This document shows positions 30,586 through 42,620 of a stretch of DNA of 64,000 nt, piece by piece (within the stretch, counting starts at the first letter, position 1; every line of letters begins with the position of its first letter). Made by a program: the position numbers and the translations under genes. The stretch covers positions 17,479-81,478 of the forward strand of contig CACPHU010000004.1 of NCBI GenBank assembly GCA_902633855.1, given 5' to 3'. The DNA comes from an uncultured OCS116 cluster bacterium. Its GTDB lineage: Bacteria > Pseudomonadota > Alphaproteobacteria > Rhizobiales > TMED25. Under the pieces are notes generated by a model. It was not told the origin of the DNA and did no database searches. It saw nothing but the letters and a program-made list of their open reading frames with translations.

Positions 30586-31419
30586 TTAATGCGGTATAAT
30601 GTCCCCAGCTCCCCAGACATATATCGCTGCAAATAGGAATAGCCATACGACATCAACAAAGTGCCAATACCAAGCCGCTGCCTCAAAACCAAAATGCTGC
30701 TCTTTCTTGAAATGACCTGCTCCTACTCGAAGTGTACAAACAATTAGAAATATTGTGCCAACGAGTACATGAAAACCATGAAAGCCAGTTGCCATGAAGA
30801 AGGTTGCCCCATAAATATGCCCTGAAAAGTCAAACGCTGCATGAGTATATTCGTATGCCTGCACGCAAGTGAAGATTGCACCGAGTGCAACAGTTACAAG
30901 AAGCCCAAGCCTCAGACCTCTGCGGTCATCGTGTAATAACGAGTGATGGGCCCAAGTTACTGCAGTACCTGAAGTCAAAAGTATTAAGGTATTTAATAAC
31001 GGCAAATGCCAAGGGTCAAATGTTGCTATTTGATCAGGTGGCCAATGCCCGCCCGTAAGTTCAGTACGGAGGTATTGCTGTGTCTCTCCTGCGTAAAGTG
31101 AGGCATCAAAATAAGACCAGAACCATGCAACAAAGAACATTACCTCTGAGGCAATAAACATTATCATTCCGTATCGAAGATGCAATTGAACAACAGGTGT
31201 ATGGTCTCCTTTGTTTGCTTCTTTTATAACTTCTCGCCACCAACCATACATAGTATAAAGTACGGCTATGAGTCCAATAATGAGTAACCAGTAGCTACCT
31301 TGATGGAAATATATCACAGCACCAATAGCCGTAATGAAAGCCGCGATAGCACCTATGGCAGGCCAAGGGCTTGGATCAACCAAATGATAGTCATGATTTT
31401 TACTGTGGGTCTCACTCAT
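30586..31419 (-). CDS. ctaE: Cytochrome c oxidase subunit III
   Basis: HDYHLVDPSPWP, FIASEVMFF, ATGFHGFHV, AWYWHFVDVVW. Confidence 0.97.
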   Translation of the reverse strand: MSETHSKNHDYHLVDPSPWPAIGAIAAFITAIGAVIYFHQGSYWLLIIGLIAVLYTMYGWWREVIKEANKGDHTPVVQLHLRYGMIMFIASEVMFFVAWFWSYFDASLYAGETQQYLRTELTGGHWPPDQIATFDPWHLPLLNTLILLTSGTAVTWAHHSLLHDDRRGLRLGLLVTVALGAIFTCVQAYEYTHAAFDFSGHIYGATFFMATGFHGFHVLVGTIFLIVCTLRVGAGHFKKEQHFGFEAAAWYWHFVDVVWLFLFAAIYVWGAGDIIPH

Positions 31420-31476
31420 AGATGTTATTTTTCTTCATAAATTACTGATTTTGCTCTACTATATACAAAGATATTA

Positions 31477-32013
31477 TCACAATAAATCCTTATTTTTAAA
31501 AAAAGTGTATGATATTGTGATTGTGTCAACATTTTTTAATTCTTCATCTCGATCTATTGCAGGATCTATATAATAAGTCAACGGCATTTGCACTTCTTCA
31601 CCGGAGTTAAGCTCTTGACCCAGAAAACAGAAACATTCAACTTTAAGAATATATGCTGCAGCCTCTGCAGGGATTACATTATATGTCGCAATACCATTAT
31701 TTTTGAGTATGCCTTCATTCTTCGCATTATAAAATGTAAAGATATTATCTCCTGTTGTTACTGTCTCTGATATCTTATCAGGCACAACCTTCCAATTTAA
31801 TTCCGGAGAAATATTTATGTCATAACGCATAATAAAATCTCTATTTCCGGACTCCGATGAGACAACATTTATTATATTCGGAGTTCCTTTATAACCCGTC
31901 ACTTTACAAAATAGTTCATATAAAGGAACAGCAGCAAGCGAGAGCCCTCCCATAAACAATATTACAGAGAAACATATTAGTAATACTGTTCTATTTTTCT
32001 TATGTTCTTTCAT
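31477..32013 (-). CDS. ctaG: Cytochrome c oxidase assembly protein CtaG/Cox11
   Basis: AVPLYELFCKVTG, KVECFCF copper motif, ITISYTFF. Confidence 0.95.
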   Translation of the reverse strand: MKEHKKNRTVLLICFSVILFMGGLSLAAVPLYELFCKVTGYKGTPNIINVVSSESGNRDFIMRYDINISPELNWKVVPDKISETVTTGDNIFTFYNAKNEGILKNNGIATYNVIPAEAAAYILKVECFCFLGQELNSGEEVQMPLTYYIDPAIDRDEELKNVDTITISYTFFKNKDLL

Positions 32014-32025
32014 GAATATTATACT

Positions 32026-32166
32026 TCAGGATATATTTGATGATATTCTGATAACAGTTGTCATAAAGAAAGTAAAGACCATGACAAATAATATTATTGC
32101 AATAGCCTTGGACTTTTTTCTGCGATTCTCAACGAATTCAGCCTGCTTTTCTTTTTCAATTTTCAT
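32026..32166 (-). CDS. Small membrane protein of the cox operon (CoxF-like), absent from the ORF track
   Basis: Manual translation MKIEKEKQAEFVENRRKKSKAIAIILFVMVFTFFMTTVIRISSNIS (46 aa); alternative TTG start at 32187 overlaps the ctaB stop. Confidence 0.75.
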   Translation of the reverse strand: MKIEKEKQAEFVENRRKKSKAIAIILFVMVFTFFMTTVIRISSNIS

Positions 32167-32183
32167 CTTTTTACTTTCTTTTA

Positions 32184-33089
32184 TCAAATTAGTAACTCCC
32201 AACTATATTTAATGTATAAATAATCTATAAGAAAAAAAGTAAAAACCAGAAATAAATATAATATTGAATAAGCAAAAAGTCTTTTCGAGTAGATCTCAAT
32301 TTTTTCCTTTGTATTTGCTTTGTAAAGCTGAATAGAGGCTCCGATAAACAAAGCGCTTAAAACGCATACTGGCAGCAGATATATTACACTAACCATACCC
32401 AAATAGAACGGTAGTAATGCAGAGGCAGACATAATTACTGAATAAAATAAAATTTGTTTTATAGTAGACTGACTGCCTGCAATATTTGGCATCATAGGAA
32501 TACTAGCTTTTTGATATTCATTAGAAGTAAGTATTGCTAATGCCCAAAAATGTGGTGGAGTCCATAGGAATATAATTAAAAATAGTAGCACTGGCTCAAT
32601 TGTCAGTGGCGCGTTTGTTGATAACCAGCCAATCACCGGAGGGAAAGCGCCCGCTGCTCCACCTATGACAATATTTTGTGTAGTTCTTCTCTTTAGCCAC
32701 ATTGTATAAACAACAGCATAAAAGAAAATTGTAAATGCAAGGAATATGGCAGCGATCCAGTTTATTAAAACTCCCATAACAAATACTGAACCGAATGACA
32801 TCATAAGCCCGTATGTTAATGCCTCAGACTTTGCAATATTACCTGAGGGTATAGGTCTGCCAATGGTTCTTTTCATCAAACGATCAATATCTGCGTCATA
32901 CCACATATTTAATACACCGGAAGCACCTGCCCCAATTGCAATACAACAAATAGAAATAACAGCCAGAAATGGATGAATATTAGATGGCGAGAGTATCAAG
33001 CCAACAAGACTTGTAAATATTACAAGGGACATAACTCTCGGTTTCATGAGCGCGTAATAATCTTGCACGCTACCTGATGTATATTCCAT
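32184..33089 (-). CDS. ctaB: Protoheme IX farnesyltransferase
   Basis: LMKPRVMSL, NMWYDADID..MKRT..RP, NIVIGGAAGAFPP, WTPPHFWAL. Confidence 0.97.
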   Translation of the reverse strand: MEYTSGSVQDYYALMKPRVMSLVIFTSLVGLILSPSNIHPFLAVISICCIAIGAGASGVLNMWYDADIDRLMKRTIGRPIPSGNIAKSEALTYGLMMSFGSVFVMGVLINWIAAIFLAFTIFFYAVVYTMWLKRRTTQNIVIGGAAGAFPPVIGWLSTNAPLTIEPVLLFLIIFLWTPPHFWALAILTSNEYQKASIPMMPNIAGSQSTIKQILFYSVIMSASALLPFYLGMVSVIYLLPVCVLSALFIGASIQLYKANTKEKIEIYSKRLFAYSILYLFLVFTFFLIDYLYIKYSWELLI

Positions 33090-33115
33090 AATAAAACCTA
33101 CCGAGGTTTAAAAAA

Positions 33116-35661
<2,546 letters not shown>

Positions 35662-35872
35662 TAATTTTCTGTCCTGGACGAAAGATGTAATTATCATACC
35701 ATTTTCTATATATAGAAATAATATTTTTTACACAACTAATCAAGATATTAATCCTAATATATTTTCAAATAAATAGGTTTTAGTGATAATACGAATATAC
35801 GTGTATTTTCTATTAAAAAAATTTATTTTTTGTATCATTAAAAGATGGATATTTACAAATAAAATTTAGCGG

Positions 35873-36466
35873 ATGACGCTTATGCAAAAAATTACCCTAA
35901 TATCACTCAAATTCCTTTTTATTATTACGTTAATGCTGAGCTGCTTAACGCGCATGTCATTTAGCTATGAGCTTAATAAAAATATTGTATATTATGATGG
36001 TTTTATTGAAGGCTATCTCTATAAAGAAATAGAGGATTGGTCCATAATATGTGAAGTCAAAAACAATGATAGATGCCTCTTGACACAATTTTTAGAAATA
36101 GAGATTGATGAGTCTAAACAAACTTTTCTTATACTCATTATCAAGGAGATGAATAAAAATATTCTCGTATTGAGATCAAAGCTGAGTGATGAAACACAAT
36201 CATCTAACGGAGATGTTATAAAGATAATAGCGTTATCCAATACGAGTAATCTGAAGTTTGAACTTTTTAAAACAAAATGTACAATGGATTACTGTGAGTA
36301 CGCTGGGGTAATACCTGGTGATTTCTTAGAAAAGCTTAAAAATAAAGATGATTTTATGATTGGAGTTGGCAATAAAAAAAATGAAAAAAATATTGGAATT
36401 ATGATTGAAATGAATGGCTTCCCAGAGATGTTTCAAGCTCTTAGCAAAAATGAGATAAAAAACTAG
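35873..36466 (+). CDS. Divergent invasion-associated locus B (IalB)-family periplasmic protein
   Basis: Signal peptide, W.IIC...C..TQ and C...C patterns, GF..MF..L end; position divergent from ctaC. Confidence 0.6.
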   Translation: MTLMQKITLISLKFLFIITLMLSCLTRMSFSYELNKNIVYYDGFIEGYLYKEIEDWSIICEVKNNDRCLLTQFLEIEIDESKQTFLILIIKEMNKNILVLRSKLSDETQSSNGDVIKIIALSNTSNLKFELFKTKCTMDYCEYAGVIPGDFLEKLKNKDDFMIGVGNKKNEKNIGIMIEMNGFPEMFQALSKNEIKN

Positions 36467-36534
36467 ATATTTATGTTTTTTTATTAGATAATTAACTAAA
36501 GTGTTAAAAATAAATAATTTACAAAGGTAAAATT

Positions 36535-37023
36535 ATGAGAAAAGTATACATATATGTATTTTGTCTAATGCTTATAGGCCTAATTACACCAGGTCAACTT
36601 TCATCAAAGGGTCTTTGTGACGGTCCAGGTGGTGGATTTTTATGTGGCGCCGGTATTGGGGGCGGAATTGGTTCTGCAATTGATGGCGACGATGGTGCTA
36701 AAGCTGGTGCAATAATTGGTGGGATTATGGGGATTGCCTCTAGTATAAACGAAGCGGAGAATAGAAATACAAATGAAAGTCAAAATTCTTATAATGAAGT
36801 TATTTCAGATGACTACCCAGCCCTGCTAGTTTACAACACACAAATCGCACTTATCAGCATTGGTTATTATGTTGGAATGTATGATGGTTCTTATACAAGA
36901 AGCACAAGCGATGCAATAAAAAGCTATCAAAAAGATAATAGCTTGATTGTAAATGGCATACCTACTGAGCAGCTATATGAGAAAATTAGGCGTGACGTTA
37001 TAGAAATATATAGTAAAGAATAG
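36535..37023 (+). CDS. Secreted glycine-zipper protein with C-terminal peptidoglycan-binding domain
   Basis: Signal peptide, GAGIGGGIG...GAKAGAIIGG, then Q.AL..IGY..G.YDG....T..AIKSYQKDN.L.VNG. Confidence 0.8.
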   Translation: MRKVYIYVFCLMLIGLITPGQLSSKGLCDGPGGGFLCGAGIGGGIGSAIDGDDGAKAGAIIGGIMGIASSINEAENRNTNESQNSYNEVISDDYPALLVYNTQIALISIGYYVGMYDGSYTRSTSDAIKSYQKDNSLIVNGIPTEQLYEKIRRDVIEIYSKE

Positions 37024-37028
37024 AATCA

Positions 37029-38207
37029 TTAATTAGTTTTAATGGCCTCAGCAAGGTAGAAGGCTATCGTACCGATGAGAGCAAGTAAAATTAATTGTAT
37101 CGGCATAAAAATCAGCCCAATTCCAGCAAGAACAGCTGCCACATATGAAGATATACCAGCTATTGAATATTGAATACAGCCTGACAAGCCTGATGCGGCA
37201 CCAGCTAACTGAGGTCTTATACTAACAATATTGGCGATTATATTAGGCATCACAATCCCGTTTGAATACGTGATAATCATCATTGTTCCAAAAATTATAT
37301 ATATATTTATGACACCACTTAGGAATACAATCAACATAAGCACAGAGCCAATTATGGTTCCAAATACGGCGTAACCAATCATTCTTAAAGATCCAATCCT
37401 CTCAGAGAGCCGAGCTGTGGTAAAACTACCCGACATAAAGGCAAATGATATCACCATAAATGTGAAACCATATTGGGTCGGTGAGTATTCCAACTTTTGG
37501 ATCACAAGAAGTGGGGCAACGCCAAGAAAAGTGAAAAACATAGAGTTTGCACATGACATTGTAATTGTGTAAAGGATGAATTGAGGTAATTTCAATAATT
37601 GAACGAAACTGTTTAATAGTGATCTAATATCACCTTTAATGCGATCTTCAGTTTTCGTCTCTTGAAGGTTATAAAATATATTTAAAAAGAGGATTATGCC
37701 CACGATCATTATAAGGTAAAAAATACTTCTCCAACCAAATAGGTCTTGTAATATACCACCAAGCGGTGGTGCGATCATAGGCGCAATGACCATGACTGTA
37801 GTCACATAACCTAATGCGCTTGCAGCCTTTTCACGGCTGTATACATCGCGAATAATTGCTCGACCAAGAACAATGCCGGCAACCCCTCCGAATGCCTGTA
37901 TAAAACGACCAATAACAAGTAACTCACTTGATGTTGCAATGCTACATATTGTTGTCCCAACCAAAAAAATAATAATTCCAAGCATCAATATTGATCTTCT
38001 ACCGTAGGCGTCTGATATTGGACCAATAAAAATCTGACCAATGGCCATTGATATAATAAATGAGGATACTGCAACTTGCGCACTTGAATATGTTATCCCG
38101 AAATGATCCGAGAGTGCAGGTAACGATGGTACAATTAAGTTTAATGTTAGTGGTGCAAGTCCAGTTACAGCGGCCAAAGACCAAATGGAAGGTTGATAAT
38201 TTTTAAT
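37029..38207 (-). CDS. Bcr/CflA-family MFS efflux transporter (start uncertain: ATT 38207 or TTG 38177)
   Basis: PSLPAL, GPISDAYGRR, RFIQAFGG, RAIIRD, FGWRSIF; about 12 TM segments. Confidence 0.92.
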   Translation of the reverse strand: MKNYQPSIWSLAAVTGLAPLTLNLIVPSLPALSDHFGITYSSAQVAVSSFIISMAIGQIFIGPISDAYGRRSILMLGIIIFLVGTTICSIATSSELLVIGRFIQAFGGVAGIVLGRAIIRDVYSREKAASALGYVTTVMVIAPMIAPPLGGILQDLFGWRSIFYLIMIVGIILFLNIFYNLQETKTEDRIKGDIRSLLNSFVQLLKLPQFILYTITMSCANSMFFTFLGVAPLLVIQKLEYSPTQYGFTFMVISFAFMSGSFTTARLSERIGSLRMIGYAVFGTIIGSVLMLIVFLSGVINIYIIFGTMMIITYSNGIVMPNIIANIVSIRPQLAGAASGLSGCIQYSIAGISSYVAAVLAGIGLIFMPIQLILLALIGTIAFYLAEAIKTN

Positions 38208-38218
38208 ATTAGTGCCTC

Positions 38219-39595
38219 TTATAAAAAGTGTTTGTTATATATTTGTTTTAATTCATTTGACCATTCTTGATGGAATTCGCCAATTAAGATGTCTGACGAT
38301 GTTCTTTTTTTTGTGAGAACCTCAAAAAGTGGCTCTAAAAAGATTTCTTCCGTTGCATCATGCTCATTTCGTATATTCCTCTTAGACAATCCCTGCTTTG
38401 ATAAAGATACCAACTCCTTTAGAAGATCTAGCATAGCATGACCTTTAAAGCGTGCATTCAAACCATCTTTATTTAAGCACTCATCCAAATGCAAAACATC
38501 AGAATATGTCCATTTTGAGATTATTTTGTAAACCTCATCAAGCACTCCGTTATTATACATCAATCCCGTCCAAATGGATGCTAGACTAAGGATTGAACCA
38601 TGGTTTCCAGAGTCAGCCCCTCTCATTTCGAGAAATTTCTTCAGTCGAACTTGAGGAAAGAGGGTTGATAGATGAGTCTCCCAATCATCTATCGTTGCTG
38701 AAAAATTTTCTCCCTTATCGTCCATAAAGCCATTGGATAGAAAATTCCTAAAAGACATATGGTTCGGTATGACATATCTACCATTTCTAATGATAAAATA
38801 CATCGGTACATCGAGTGCATACTGGGCGTAATCCTCAAATTTATTCTGATCATCAAAAGCAAATTTTAAATAGCCACATCTATCATTATCTGTATTTGCC
38901 CAAACCCGGAGCCTATTCGATAGTAATCCTGTTAGCCTGCCATTCAGAAATGGACTATTAAAAAATAACACGGATATGAGTGGCTGAAGTGCCATCGCAA
39001 CGCGGAACTTTTTTGCATAATCATTTTCATCACTGTAATCAAGATTAACTTGGGTTGTCGCGGAACAATGCATCATATCTAAGCCATGACTTCCAACTTT
39101 TGGCATATATTCCCTCATGATTGTATATCTAGTCTTTGGAACTTTTGCCATATCCTTAAAGCCCCAGTTTGGTGAAAACCCAAGGCCAAGAGCTCCAATA
39201 TTTAACTCATTACAAACATACTCAATTTGAGAATGATATTGTCTAAATTCTTCATTTGTTTGATGTAAGTTGGAACATTTTGATCCTGACAATTCAATTT
39301 GACCACCGGGTTCAAGAGAGATATTTCTATCATTTTGTACATCAGATAAACCAATAACATTATCCCCATCAAATATTGGACTCCAATTAAACTGATCTAT
39401 AAGTATTTTGAACACATCAACGATACCCGGACCATCTGAGTATTGAAGCGGACACAACGAGTCTTTATGAAATAAAAATTTTTCGTTTTCTGTTCCGATT
39501 TTATAATCTTTGGGTGATTTTGAACCCGAATGAAAATAATTAATTAAATCCAATACTGATGGGATTTGTGAGCTTAGTTCTATATTGTTTTTCAT
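38219..39595 (-). CDS. gshA: Glutamate--cysteine ligase (alphaproteobacterial/plant type)
   Basis: IGTENEKF, SLEPGGQIELSG, QVNLDY, HLSTLFPQVRLKKFLEMRGAD. Confidence 0.95.
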   Translation of the reverse strand: MKNNIELSSQIPSVLDLINYFHSGSKSPKDYKIGTENEKFLFHKDSLCPLQYSDGPGIVDVFKILIDQFNWSPIFDGDNVIGLSDVQNDRNISLEPGGQIELSGSKCSNLHQTNEEFRQYHSQIEYVCNELNIGALGLGFSPNWGFKDMAKVPKTRYTIMREYMPKVGSHGLDMMHCSATTQVNLDYSDENDYAKKFRVAMALQPLISVLFFNSPFLNGRLTGLLSNRLRVWANTDNDRCGYLKFAFDDQNKFEDYAQYALDVPMYFIIRNGRYVIPNHMSFRNFLSNGFMDDKGENFSATIDDWETHLSTLFPQVRLKKFLEMRGADSGNHGSILSLASIWTGLMYNNGVLDEVYKIISKWTYSDVLHLDECLNKDGLNARFKGHAMLDLLKELVSLSKQGLSKRNIRNEHDATEEIFLEPLFEVLTKKRTSSDILIGEFHQEWSNELKQIYNKHFL

Positions 39596-39628
39596 AAATT
39601 ATACATCTGACATGGCACTTTACTGCGT

Positions 39629-40372
39629 TTAACTAAACAGATCTCCATTTGCGGTCTGCAAAAATGATGCCACAACTATTGCCGCGGTATCAGCCCTGAG
39701 AACTCTAGACCCAAGAGAGAGTCTTATTAAATTCCTTAACTTTAAAATACTGTACCTCTCTTTATCAGAAAACCCCCCCTCTGGTCCAATCAAAAAGGAA
39801 ATATTCAATTCTTTTGCCCTACTCAATTCACTTATGGGATTTTCTGGTTGGGATTTTTCATCGCAAAAGACTAATATTTTTTCTTTAGGCCAGTCCTTGA
39901 GCAACTCATCTATTGGTACAGCATCATTAATTTTTGGAACGATCATTAGTCCACATTGCTCAGCGGCCTCTTTTGCTCGTGTGAGTAGCTTATTTTGATT
40001 TATATTTCGAACATTTGAAAATTCCGTTATGACTGGTGTGAAAGTTGATATGCCCAGCTCAGTCAGCTTTTCAATTATATAGTTGTGCCTGTTTGCATTT
40101 AATGGAGAAAAATAACAATGCATTTCCCTATATTTGATTTGAGACCGAGCACGGCTGATTAACTCTATTTCAATTTTATCTTTTTTAACAATTAAAACTT
40201 TTGAATACCATTCACCATCCACACCATTAAATATACGTAGTTCGTCATTTACTTTAACTCTCATAACATTTCTCAAATAGTGATGATCATCATTTGAGAC
40301 TTCAATTATTGCATTTTGATACAATTTACAATTTTGATATAGTCTTATGTTTGTTGAATTGTTCGATTGCAT
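39629..40372 (-). CDS. rsmE: 16S rRNA m3U1498 methyltransferase
   Basis: HYLRNVMR, EKLTELG, EAAEQC, IGPEGGF, LGSRVLRADTA. Confidence 0.96.
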   Translation of the reverse strand: MQSNNSTNIRLYQNCKLYQNAIIEVSNDDHHYLRNVMRVKVNDELRIFNGVDGEWYSKVLIVKKDKIEIELISRARSQIKYREMHCYFSPLNANRHNYIIEKLTELGISTFTPVITEFSNVRNINQNKLLTRAKEAAEQCGLMIVPKINDAVPIDELLKDWPKEKILVFCDEKSQPENPISELSRAKELNISFLIGPEGGFSDKERYSILKLRNLIRLSLGSRVLRADTAAIVVASFLQTANGDLFS

Positions 40373-40418
40373 TTTATTATTTTAATCTCAAAAATTTTGT
40401 TATAAATAATTTAATTAA

Positions 40419-41315
40419 TTGTCAGAAAAAATTATACTGCATATTGTTTTGAAAAGTATTAAAAAAAGAATTAACTGCTACATAGCAATAACACGAAATA
40501 ACAAGCCGATTGGTTGGCTTCTATTGTTCATTCCATGTTTGTACGGTATCATTTCATCTTCAATTTATTCGGGTAAAATAATTCAATTAGAAATCATAGC
40601 ACTTTTTTTGCTTGGCTCTATCCTCATGAGATCTGCTGGTTGCATTTTTAATGATATAGTTGACCGCAAAATAGACGCGCAAGTTGAGCGCACCAAAAAC
40701 AGACCATTAGCAAATAAAACCATGTCGCTCTATGAAGCAAGTTTATTACTTTTGGTGCTATTATTTTTTAGCTTGTGCATACTTATTTCACTCAACACAA
40801 TTACAATAATAATAGGGCTGACATCAATAATTCTGGTTTTTACATACCCATTTATGAAGAGAATTACACACTGGCCACAGCTTTTTTTGGGTATAACATT
40901 TAACTGGGGCATAATAATGGGCTGGACATCCGTATCAGAGAGTCTGAGTCCTGTCATATTCCTGATTTATCTATCTTCCATATTTTGGACACTGGGTTAT
41001 GACACTGTTTATGGTTACCAAGATATTATTGATGATAAAATCATTGGAATTAAGTCAACAGCTGTTCTGTTTGAGAAGAGTCCAAAAGTAGCGATCTATA
41101 CCTTTTATATAATAAGTTTTCTGCTTATGTTCATGGCAATGATTTGGATTGGGGTAGGTTACAAAACATTTTTAGTATTTCTTTGTGCGGTTATGCTTGG
41201 TATAGTATTGATTGGAAAACTCAATTTAAGAGAAGTAAAATCTTGCGCTCGTTTTTTCTTGGCAAATAAATATATAGGTTTTCTGGTAGTATTAGCATTA
41301 GCATTATCCATTTAG
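40419..41315 (+). CDS. ubiA: 4-hydroxybenzoate polyprenyltransferase
   Basis: KPIGWLLL, MRSAGC..ND..DR.ID..VERT..RPL, YPFMKR, YDTVYGYQD. Confidence 0.95.
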   Translation: MSEKIILHIVLKSIKKRINCYIAITRNNKPIGWLLLFIPCLYGIISSSIYSGKIIQLEIIALFLLGSILMRSAGCIFNDIVDRKIDAQVERTKNRPLANKTMSLYEASLLLLVLLFFSLCILISLNTITIIIGLTSIILVFTYPFMKRITHWPQLFLGITFNWGIIMGWTSVSESLSPVIFLIYLSSIFWTLGYDTVYGYQDIIDDKIIGIKSTAVLFEKSPKVAIYTFYIISFLLMFMAMIWIGVGYKTFLVFLCAVMLGIVLIGKLNLREVKSCARFFLANKYIGFLVVLALALSI

Positions 41316-41327
41316 TCTCTTAAAGAA

Positions 41328-42620
41328 ATGAAAAAAATATTTCAAAATTTTGCGATTTTAATATACGTATTTTTGACAAACCTATTTCTAATCTTTGGAT
41401 ACGCATACATGACTATACGTAGAGCTAATTCTAAAGAAACCTATGAAAGCCTTAAGCAAAAATTCGCCCAAAATTTTTCATCATCAAGTCAAAATAAGAA
41501 AATCATATGGATACATGCAGCTAGTATCGGTGAGACTTATTCTGGACTGAGTGTTGCCAGGTTTATTTTGAAACATAATACAAAAATCTGTATTTTATTT
41601 ACCACGACAACACTATCATCAGCAAAAATTTTAGAGAATAATGCAAATGAAAGAGTCATTCACCAGTTCCTGCCCTTAGATGTGAAAATATTTGTAAAAA
41701 GATTTTTAAATCACTGGTCTCCCGTACTATCTATTTTCATGGAGTCAGAAATATGGCCTAATTTCTACCTTGAGCTTGAGCGTAGACACATACCCTTATA
41801 TTTACTGAATGCGCGGCTGTCTGATAAAAGCTTTAAAAGGTGGAATAAGCTAAAGATATTAGCAGATAGAATATTTTCCATACCAAAATTGATTTCGTGC
41901 CAGGATAATGACACCTATAATAGATATAAGCAACTGGGTCAGTCAAATATAAGATTGTGTGAGAATATAAAATACGCAAATACTCCATTAAAAACAAATA
42001 AAGCGGAATATGAATACCTCAAAAAAATATTAGAAAAGAAATTTATATACATTGCTGCATCAGTGCACGAGAAAGAGACCGAGTTATTCTTTGTTTTACA
42101 CAAAAAAATCCTCGACAAACATCCAAATACAGTATGTATATTTGCACCCAGACATTCTGAAACGTGCTCTAAAATGATTTCCTTATTGGACGCAGATGCT
42201 CACAGTTGGTCATATTTACCGAATAATGACCTTAAACCTGATAATAAATTTTTAATTATCAATGAAGTCGGAATTTTGGGTACTTATTTTGAATTATCCC
42301 AAATAGCAGTAATAGGCGGCTCCTTTGATACAATTGGCGGACATAATCCAATTGAGGCAATACAAAAAAATTGTATAGTATTGCATGGAGAGAATATTCA
42401 AAATTTTAGTGACATATATGAATCCTTAGACAAACTCAAATGCTCGTTTTTAACCAAGGACGCAGACTCAATTATGCAAAAAATTGAAGATTATATTTGC
42501 CAACCAAACAAAAAACAGGATACCCTAAAAAATATAAACACAATAATAAGCAAGAAAAAGGTGCTTATTGAGAATGAAATACTTGATATCCTAAATTTAG
42601 AACTCGGAAAAATCAAATGA
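41328..42620 (+). CDS. waaA: Kdo transferase
   Basis: WIHAASIGE, ESEIWPN, NARLSDKS, APRH, GGHNPIEA. Confidence 0.93.
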   Translation: MKKIFQNFAILIYVFLTNLFLIFGYAYMTIRRANSKETYESLKQKFAQNFSSSSQNKKIIWIHAASIGETYSGLSVARFILKHNTKICILFTTTTLSSAKILENNANERVIHQFLPLDVKIFVKRFLNHWSPVLSIFMESEIWPNFYLELERRHIPLYLLNARLSDKSFKRWNKLKILADRIFSIPKLISCQDNDTYNRYKQLGQSNIRLCENIKYANTPLKTNKAEYEYLKKILEKKFIYIAASVHEKETELFFVLHKKILDKHPNTVCIFAPRHSETCSKMISLLDADAHSWSYLPNNDLKPDNKFLIINEVGILGTYFELSQIAVIGGSFDTIGGHNPIEAIQKNCIVLHGENIQNFSDIYESLDKLKCSFLTKDADSIMQKIEDYICQPNKKQDTLKNINTIISKKKVLIENEILDILNLELGKIK

